Shown in pieces: positions 57,324-64,000 of a DNA stretch of 64,000 bases. The notes beneath the pieces were generated by a model. That model saw only the letters and a program-made list of their open reading frames with translations. It did no database searches and was not told where the DNA came from. Where the stretch lies: assembly GCA_965223545.1 (NCBI GenBank), contig OZ245006.1, forward strand, positions 3,680,001-3,744,000, read 5' to 3'. The translations under genes and the position numbers were made by a program. Origin of the DNA: Planctomycetota bacterium. Its GTDB lineage: Bacteria > Planctomycetota > UBA1135 > UBA2386. Within the stretch, counting starts at the first letter, position 1. Every line of letters begins with the position of its first letter.

Positions 57324-58630
57324 GTGTCGTCGCTCACTCGTCGCAGACGCCGGGCTGGCGCGCGCGCGCGCTGGTGGCCGCGGCGTGCTCCGCGCTGTTC
57401 CTGGCGGTCTACACCGTCACCCAGACGCTGGCCTCCGCGCGATCGGTACCGCCGCCCATCATCGCCGCCGACTGGGAATACGCCATTCCGGTCGTGCCGT
57501 GGACGATCGTTCCGTACGTATCGATCGACGCGCTGTTCGTGTTGGCGCCGTTCGTGGTCTCCACTGCGCGTGAGCTACGGTGCTTCGCCCTGCGGGTCGT
57601 CACAGCGATCGGCATCGCCGCGGCCTGGTTCACCTGCTGGCCGCTGCAGCTCGGGTTCGCGCGCGCTCCCGTCGACGGCGTATTCGGACCGTGGTTCGAC
57701 GCGCTGCACGCCTTCGACGGCCCGCACAATCTGTTTCCCAGCCTGCACATCGCGTTCGCAGTCATCCTGCGCTGGACCTACCACCGCCACCTCCGCGGCA
57801 GCGCGCGTGGGCTGATGCATCTCTGGCTCGCGACAGTATCGATCTCGACGCTGACCACCCACCAGCACCACGCGATCGACGTCGCCGGGGGTGCCGTGCT
57901 CGGTATCGCGGTGGTGTACTTGCATCCGACCGGGGCGCTCGCCCGGCCGATGCAACGCGCAGGCCGCGCACCGCACCGAGGTCTGGCTGCACTGTATGCG
58001 ACTGCCGCCGGCGCCGCGTTGCTCGTCGCCACTCGTGGCTTGTCCACCGCAGGCACGATCGCGTGCCTGTGGATGGGCCTCGCGCTGGCCTTGGTCGGCG
58101 CCGGCTACGCCGGTGCCGGTCCGCGCGTCTTTCGGAAGTCTCGCGGCTATCTGTCGTACCCCGCTCGCTTCTTGCTGGCTCCATACCTGATCGGATTGCA
58201 CTGCACGCGGCGCTGGTATCGCCGGCGCGACGCCCAAGCGTTTGCCAGCATCGGCGACGGCGTCCACTTCGGCCAGCTGCCCGACGCGCACCTGACCGCA
58301 CGGCTCGAGGCCCTGGGCGTGCGCGGCCTCGTCGACCTCACCGCCGAACACTCCGCGCCGCGCGCTGTCCGCCACTGGTGCTACGCGAATCCGCAGCTGT
58401 TGGATCTCGCACCCCCGACCGAGGCCGAGCTCGACACAGTCGTTGCCGCCATCGAGTCGATGCGCAGGCGTGGCGAAGTCTACGTCTGCTGCGCGCTCGG
58501 CTTCGGCCGGGCGCGAGCCGCCGTGGCCCACTGGCTCTGGCGCACGGGACGTGCTGCGGATCGGCAAGCCGCGCGGGCGCGCGTCGCTGCGGCGCGCCCC
58601 CTCCCCGAGGCAAGGAGGATCGCCGCATGA
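57320..58630 (+). CDS. ynbD: PAP2-like / dual-specificity phosphatase membrane protein (YnbD-like)
   Basis: PWTIVPY.S, PSLHI, STLTT.QHH..DV, VCCALGFGR (CxxGxxR-type loop). Confidence 0.88.
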   Translation: MSVVAHSSQTPGWRARALVAAACSALFLAVYTVTQTLASARSVPPPIIAADWEYAIPVVPWTIVPYVSIDALFVLAPFVVSTARELRCFALRVVTAIGIAAAWFTCWPLQLGFARAPVDGVFGPWFDALHAFDGPHNLFPSLHIAFAVILRWTYHRHLRGSARGLMHLWLATVSISTLTTHQHHAIDVAGGAVLGIAVVYLHPTGALARPMQRAGRAPHRGLAALYATAAGAALLVATRGLSTAGTIACLWMGLALALVGAGYAGAGPRVFRKSRGYLSYPARFLLAPYLIGLHCTRRWYRRRDAQAFASIGDGVHFGQLPDAHLTARLEALGVRGLVDLTAEHSAPRAVRHWCYANPQLLDLAPPTEAELDTVVAAIESMRRRGEVYVCCALGFGRARAAVAHWLWRTGRAADRQAARARVAAARPLPEARRIAA

Positions 58631-59304
58631 CGACGCTACGCGCTCCGGCAGCCCGCCGGCCGATCGCGGCGCTCTTCCGCCGCACCGCCGACCGCAGCGT
58701 GGCGTTCTGCGTTCGCCACGGCGTGCATCCCGACGCCATCTCGATCGCCTCGGTCGTGGTCGCCGCTGCCGGCGCCGCGTGCTTCGCGCTGGCCGGCGAC
58801 CGCCCGGGTTTGCTACTGCCCGCTACCGGCCTGATCTACCTGCGCCTGTGGCTCAACATGCTCGACGGCATGGTCGCGCTCGCCGCCGGCAAGGCCACCC
58901 GCTGGGGAGAGGTGATGAACGACCTGCCCGATCGGGTCTCGGACGTCCTGTTGTTCACCGGCGTCGCGCTCAGCGGTCTGGCCGCACCCGCGCACGCCTA
59001 CGGCGCCGCCATTGCCGCCGTGCTGATCGCCTACGTCGGCGTTCTCGGCCAAGCAGTTGGCGGTGCACGCGGCTTTGCCGGGCCGATGTCGAAGCCCTGG
59101 CGCATGGTGGTGCTGCACGCCGGGGCTTGGATCACGCTGTACGACCTGCGCGACGGAACCCCCGAGTGCCTGATCGGGCAGGCCGGAATGACCTGGCTCG
59201 ACGCTGCGTGCTGCATCATCGTCACCGGCGGCATCTGGACCATCGCGCGGCGGCTGCGCATTCTCCACGCCTGGACGCGACGGGTTTCCGCCGATGTTGG
59301 CTGA
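58627..59304 (+). CDS. ynbA: CDP-alcohol phosphatidyltransferase (YnbA-like)
   Basis: NMLDGMVA........GEVMNDLPDRVSD; GPMSK. Confidence 0.88.
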   Translation: MTTLRAPAARRPIAALFRRTADRSVAFCVRHGVHPDAISIASVVVAAAGAACFALAGDRPGLLLPATGLIYLRLWLNMLDGMVALAAGKATRWGEVMNDLPDRVSDVLLFTGVALSGLAAPAHAYGAAIAAVLIAYVGVLGQAVGGARGFAGPMSKPWRMVVLHAGAWITLYDLRDGTPECLIGQAGMTWLDAACCIIVTGGIWTIARRLRILHAWTRRVSADVG

Positions 59305-60250
59305 GCTGACACCGGGCGAGATCCGCACGACGTTCACCGTGCTGATCGGCGCCGCGCTCGTGTTTGCCGGGGTCGTGCTCGCTGCCCTGCACCAGTGGTC
59401 GCGGCGCGACGTCGGCGCCGCGGTGCGCGCATACGGCGGATGGTGCTGGATGGTGCCTCCGTTCCTGGCCGCAGCCTGGGTCGGACGCACCGCGATGCTC
59501 CCGCTGCTGGGAGTGGTGAGCACGCTCGCGTTCAAGGAATTCGCCAAGGCCACCGGCCTCTACCGCGACTGGCAAATGACGCTGGTCGGCTATGCCGGGA
59601 TCGCCGCCCTGGTCATCACGGCCGCGGTCGCCGATCCGACGACCGGAGCTCCCGGTTGGTTCGGGCTGTACTGGGCACTGCCGGCATTCTTCGTCGCGGC
59701 CGTGCTCCTCGTGCCGATCCTCCGCGACCGGACCGAGCAGCAGCTGCAAGTGATGGCGCTCGCCACCATCGGGTTCGTCACGACCGGGTGGATGTTCGGC
59801 CACCTGCTGCTGTTCGCCACCACGCCGCATGGCATTGGCGCGCTGTTGTTCATCGTGGTCGCCGTCGAAGCCAACGACGTCGCCGCCTTCGTCAGTGGAC
59901 GGTGGTTCGGGCACCGCCCGCTGCGACCCAGGATCAGTGCCCGGAAGACGATCGGCGGCGCGTTGGGAGCGCTCGCGGTTTCGTTGATCATGCCTTTCGC
60001 CCTCCAGTTCGCGCTGCCGCGATTCGACACGGCACTGCTGCTGCTCACCGGAGCGCTGGTCGGCATCGGCGGCCAACTGGGCGACCTGGCGATCAGCGTG
60101 ATCAAGCGCGACCTCGGCATCAAGGACATGGGCGCGCTGATTCCGGGACACGGCGGTGTGCTCGACCGCATCGACAGCTTGATCTTCGTGGCCCCGCTCT
60201 TCTTCCACTTGGTGCACTTTGCACAACCCGCCCAGGTGCCGCTGCCATGA
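59294..60250 (+). CDS. ynbB: Phosphatidate cytidylyltransferase (YnbB/CdsA-like)
   Basis: GDLAISVIKRDLGIKDMGALIPGHGGVLDRIDS. Confidence 0.92.
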   Translation: MLAELTPGEIRTTFTVLIGAALVFAGVVLAALHQWSRRDVGAAVRAYGGWCWMVPPFLAAAWVGRTAMLPLLGVVSTLAFKEFAKATGLYRDWQMTLVGYAGIAALVITAAVADPTTGAPGWFGLYWALPAFFVAAVLLVPILRDRTEQQLQVMALATIGFVTTGWMFGHLLLFATTPHGIGALLFIVVAVEANDVAAFVSGRWFGHRPLRPRISARKTIGGALGALAVSLIMPFALQFALPRFDTALLLLTGALVGIGGQLGDLAISVIKRDLGIKDMGALIPGHGGVLDRIDSLIFVAPLFFHLVHFAQPAQVPLP

Positions 60251-61050
60251 ACCGAGAATCGCACGGACCACTGCCCTGGCATTACGCCACCATCCGCGGC
60301 CACGACCGACCACTGCTGCAGCAGCTGCGGCAGTTCCCGCGCCGCACGGACCTGTTGCAGACCGGGCTTCGCACGGCTGCGGCCATCGCACAACGCGCAT
60401 GGCTCCGGTCGTACCACGGCCTGCGCGTCGTTGGCCGCGCGCATCTGCCAGCCGGACCGTGCGTCATCATCGCCAACCATCAGAGCCACCTCGACGCCCC
60501 TGCCGTTCTCGCCGCGCTTCCCCTGCGCAGAGTGCACCGGGCCTACCCAGCAGCAGCAGAGGACCACTTCTTTCGCAGCTTGCCACGTGCCTTTGGAGCA
60601 GTGATCACGACCAACGCGATGCCAATGCACCGCAATGGCGGCGGCCGCACGTCGCTGCGGTCATGCCGCGCGGCTCTGCGCCAGCCAGCGGCAGTCGTGA
60701 TCTTGTTCCCGGAGGGCACGCGCTCGGTCGACGGCGAGATCGGTGCGTTCCGTAGGGGGATCGGCTGGTTGTTGGCGGGCACCGACATTCCCATCGTCCC
60801 GTGCCACATCGCCGGCGCCGGCGCAGCCTGGCCCAAGGGCACGCGTTGGCCGCGCCCCCGCCGCGTGCGCTTGCGATTCGGGCCACCGCGCACGCTGGCG
60901 GACGTGGCACGCGAACCCGCCGCCATCGCCCGCGCGGTCGACGGCCTGCGGCGCGCGGTGATCGCGCTCGGGAACGGCCCCCAAGGCGCTCAAAAGACCA
61001 GGAGGCACACCGTCTGGGGAGGCACTGGAAACGACATCCCCAAAGTGTGA
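60247..61050 (+). CDS. plsC: 1-acyl-sn-glycerol-3-phosphate (lysophospholipid) acyltransferase
   Basis: ANHQSHLD and LFPEGTRS. Confidence 0.9.
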   Translation: MNRESHGPLPWHYATIRGHDRPLLQQLRQFPRRTDLLQTGLRTAAAIAQRAWLRSYHGLRVVGRAHLPAGPCVIIANHQSHLDAPAVLAALPLRRVHRAYPAAAEDHFFRSLPRAFGAVITTNAMPMHRNGGGRTSLRSCRAALRQPAAVVILFPEGTRSVDGEIGAFRRGIGWLLAGTDIPIVPCHIAGAGAAWPKGTRWPRPRRVRLRFGPPRTLADVAREPAAIARAVDGLRRAVIALGNGPQGAQKTRRHTVWGGTGNDIPKV

Positions 61051-64000
61051 GCAGTGGCCACGGCGCCTCCGCCATCCGTGTGGAGATCGAAGCTGGTGTG
61101 GGTCGCGAGCGACTGGCCGCCCAGTGCGGTGGGGAGGATGACGTTCACCGTCGTGGTCAGATCGACGTTGGCCAGCAACAGCGCCACGGAGCCGGGCAGC
61201 TCGAAAGCAGCATGGTGCACCACCGGTTGGTCCACGAGAGCCAGTGTTTGAGCACCGGGCGGCCCCTCGACCAGCTTGACCTGCATCGAGCCGAGGCCCT
61301 GCAGCCCCGGAGCTTGGACCATCTTTCCGTGGTTGAGAAAGTCGCGACCCGGTCCCTGGTTCGTCCGCACGCACGCGGTGAGGAAGTTGAGCAGGGTCGG
61401 GTCCATCACGGACTGAGGCTGCATGTCGGCCCCGAGGATGCCGCACGTGTGAGTTGGGTTGTGCTGCTCGACCAACATCCAAAGGTTGATCCCCACGGTC
61501 ATGAACGACGCGGCGGTCAGGGTGCGTGCCATCTCCGTGAGGTGCCACCTGCGCACATCGTCCTTCGAGTAGCCAGCAGGCGACTGCGGCCAATTGGTGG
61601 AGTTCAAAAAGTGGTTTGTCGGCAGCAGCTGATCCCAGGTGGTGGTCGCCACGACTTCGTTGAAGATGTACGCGAAGATTGGGGCCGACTCGGCGTCACC
61701 GTACGCAGGAGCAGGTCGAACGCGGATGTTGTCCGGTCGAGTTCCTTGGACAGCCAAAATGTCGATCGCGATCTCGGTCGGGTCCTCGATGCAGACTTCA
61801 AACTGCATCGTCGCGCTCTGCGCCCGGCCCGCACCGAGAGTTGCTTCCATCAGGTTGCGCGCCGCATGAGCCTTCCATGATCCAGCACCGTAATCTTGGG
61901 GCGCAGCATCCGGGTCGAAGTTGTCTGGCACACTCGCCCCCAACCATTGATCAAACTGGTACAGTTGCACTCCGGCGGCAGCACCCTTGGCAGCCAGGCT
62001 CATGTGCGTTCCGACCGTGAACGGATGGCGTGGGTCCATCTCATAGTGGGAGAATTGCCACCCGCCGAGCCCGGCCGGAAACAGGCGAGGTGCCCCGTTG
62101 CGGTCCTCAACTACAATGCCATCCCATGGGGTTCCAGCGACCACATTGCTGACGTCATACGTGTAGTTCCAGAATGACACACTCCCGGGGAGCCCCGGGC
62201 TGAATCGGTCGCATGCTGGACGCTCACCAGTGCGCACAGAAGCCCATCGGTTTCCCGCTACCATCATCATGGGGAAGAAGCTCCTTCCATCGAGGTCTTG
62301 CCATTGCGAGAGGATCGCCACCTCCCCGTGCAGAGGTTGGTAGCGCTTGGTAGCCGGGTCGAAATCGGTCGACAGGACGGCCAAAGGCTCATAGAACGGT
62401 CCCATGTAGGTACCGTGCTGCTCGAAGGCGCGAAACAGAGGTTGAATGTTTCCACTGGCCATCCCGCTGGAGAAATGCGCGCGCCACCCTTCCAGAAGCG
62501 CTCCCCAGGTGCCCAGCGCAACTAGCTCGGCTCCGATGCCTAGCGGTCGCAGGTTGGCTTCGAATACACAAGGCCGCTCCTCGACCCAGGCAGACGTGGG
62601 TCGAGCAGACGCAGCAGCCCATAGCGATGTACCTCGAATCCATTCGCGGTAGCTCTCCGCCGCGCCACGCCACCCTCCAACGAATGGGGCAATGACTCGA
62701 GTGAAACTCTGTGTGTCTGGACCAATCGTGGCCCCATTGCTGGATGGCAGCCGGTGATCAATGCCGAGCATCACACCGAGCACCCCCGTTCTTCTCGAGT
62801 GCACGTCCACCCGGAGGCTCTTGTTTTGAAAGCTATCGTCGCGAGCCTGTAGGGCCACGCCGAACTGCTCCGGGTCCTGATCGGGATCCGTCCTGTACAA
62901 CGCCGTCATTTGGTAAGCGGCGGTGCCTGGATACTCCGCCGCCTGGAACGCGATCCCGGGGAACTGACTTCCCGCCGTCGCTGCATTCACGTCAGCGAAG
63001 TACTCGTCGTCGAGCGGATGGAGGACACCACCGGCAAACGGCGAGACGAGCATCATGTCGTCCGCAGTGCCATCGAGATCGTGGTCGGCTTTGAACAGGA
63101 GTTGCGGACACTCGAACCGCTCGAGCAAGAGGTTCGCCGGACGTTGAACATCGGGCTCGAGAAAGAGCTCGGGCTGCCCGGGTAGAGAATACAAATCGAC
63201 GCTGACGTCGAACAAACTCGACGGGTCACTCTGGATGTTCCATCCCGATGCGCCGGCCACAGTCGTAGGAGTCACTACGAGATTGAATGCGGGATCGGCT
63301 GAGTTTCTGTATTGCTCTTCCGCGCTCACGCTTGGACGATGGATCGTGCGGAAGAGGTGGTTGGATCCCTGGCCGGCAACAAGCCAATCAGCGCCGACGG
63401 CGACGATATCACCGTCGCCGTCGTCACCTATCCGACGCAGCTCACGGATCCGCTGGCTGTCCTCGTCATAGACGAGGCTCAGCATCGTGCTCATCACCTG
63501 CTTGGCGTTGCTCTCTTCGAACGTCCCGGCGGCCACCGACCCATACGCGGGTCCAGACCCGGAAAAATCGACCGAGTCGAGGATGTATGAGTCGCCGGAT
63601 CCGTTTCGGAGCACCAGCCAGAAGCGGACCAGCGTGTTGCCGTTATGGGGGAGCCTAGGCCGGTAGCTGAGCACGAACTCCTGCCAATGCGGAGACGCGA
63701 CGATCGCCGTGGTTTCAGACCCGCCGAGCGGGGGCCTGGGCCAACCCGTCAGCGCACCGTCGTATGCCTCGCAGAAGGCCTCCAGAGTTGCGCCGGTGGT
63801 CAAACTCTCGCACTTGATTCGAAACCGAACGGTCAGCGTGTCGGCCGGACCGTTGTTGAACCACCACTGCTTGCCAAACTCGGACCAGTTCGATCCCGCA
63901 GTGACGCTCGCCGCACCGCTGCCACAGTGGGCACTCGAGGTCTGCACCACCGACGTCGGGGTGTTGACCAACCCCCAGTGGTCCGGTGCGGGGCCCGCCC
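60990..64000 (-). CDS. Large carbohydrate-active-like protein (CBM-like module plus DUF6259-like putative glycoside hydrolase); 5' end probably outside the window
   Basis: 993+ aa ORF; YPG...QM.ALY, GGW..AAE.YREW, Y.FDQ, PIFAYIFNE patterns; lower GC than flanks. Confidence 0.6.
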   Translation of the reverse strand, partial: AGPAPDHWGLVNTPTSVVQTSSAHCGSGAASVTAGSNWSEFGKQWWFNNGPADTLTVRFRIKCESLTTGATLEAFCEAYDGALTGWPRPPLGGSETTAIVASPHWQEFVLSYRPRLPHNGNTLVRFWLVLRNGSGDSYILDSVDFSGSGPAYGSVAAGTFEESNAKQVMSTMLSLVYDEDSQRIRELRRIGDDGDGDIVAVGADWLVAGQGSNHLFRTIHRPSVSAEEQYRNSADPAFNLVVTPTTVAGASGWNIQSDPSSLFDVSVDLYSLPGQPELFLEPDVQRPANLLLERFECPQLLFKADHDLDGTADDMMLVSPFAGGVLHPLDDEYFADVNAATAGSQFPGIAFQAAEYPGTAAYQMTALYRTDPDQDPEQFGVALQARDDSFQNKSLRVDVHSRRTGVLGVMLGIDHRLPSSNGATIGPDTQSFTRVIAPFVGGWRGAAESYREWIRGTSLWAAASARPTSAWVEERPCVFEANLRPLGIGAELVALGTWGALLEGWRAHFSSGMASGNIQPLFRAFEQHGTYMGPFYEPLAVLSTDFDPATKRYQPLHGEVAILSQWQDLDGRSFFPMMMVAGNRWASVRTGERPACDRFSPGLPGSVSFWNYTYDVSNVVAGTPWDGIVVEDRNGAPRLFPAGLGGWQFSHYEMDPRHPFTVGTHMSLAAKGAAAGVQLYQFDQWLGASVPDNFDPDAAPQDYGAGSWKAHAARNLMEATLGAGRAQSATMQFEVCIEDPTEIAIDILAVQGTRPDNIRVRPAPAYGDAESAPIFAYIFNEVVATTTWDQLLPTNHFLNSTNWPQSPAGYSKDDVRRWHLTEMARTLTAASFMTVGINLWMLVEQHNPTHTCGILGADMQPQSVMDPTLLNFLTACVRTNQGPGRDFLNHGKMVQAPGLQGLGSMQVKLVEGPPGAQTLALVDQPVVHHAAFELPGSVALLLANVDLTTTVNVILPTALGGQSLATHTSFDLHTDGGGAVATAHTLGMSFPVPPQTVCLLVF

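Noticed and set aside
1..64000. CRISPR array, rRNA or tRNA genes
   Set aside because: No regularly spaced repeat-spacer series, cas genes or recognisable stable-RNA motifs seen by eye; not confirmed by software

Overview
High-GC bacterial DNA, most likely Planctomycetota (inferred from ECF sigma factors fused to carboxypeptidase-regulatory-like repeats and many secreted proteins with a shared C-terminal beta-domain). Bases 1-11.3 kb are a decayed insertion hotspot: three IS91-like rolling-circle transposase remnants with identical frameshifts, an IS21-type end, three AAA_14/DUF4143 ATPase pieces and a parDE pair with a dead toxin. The rest mixes housekeeping genes (pdxR-pdxS-pdxT, pyrC, ahpC, PPi-type PFK, a ynbCDAB-plsC lipid cluster) with secreted or surface proteins. 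The main find is a ~200-bp non-coding structured element in three copies (15893-16093, 38962-39156, 42495-42690). Two copies split genes at CTCA, and removing them restores the reading frame exactly. All three carry an internal 13-mer complementary to the element's joined ends. A second short REP-like palindrome sits a fixed distance behind three stop codons. No rRNA, tRNA or CRISPR array was recognised. All family names come from motif recognition by eye, not database searches.
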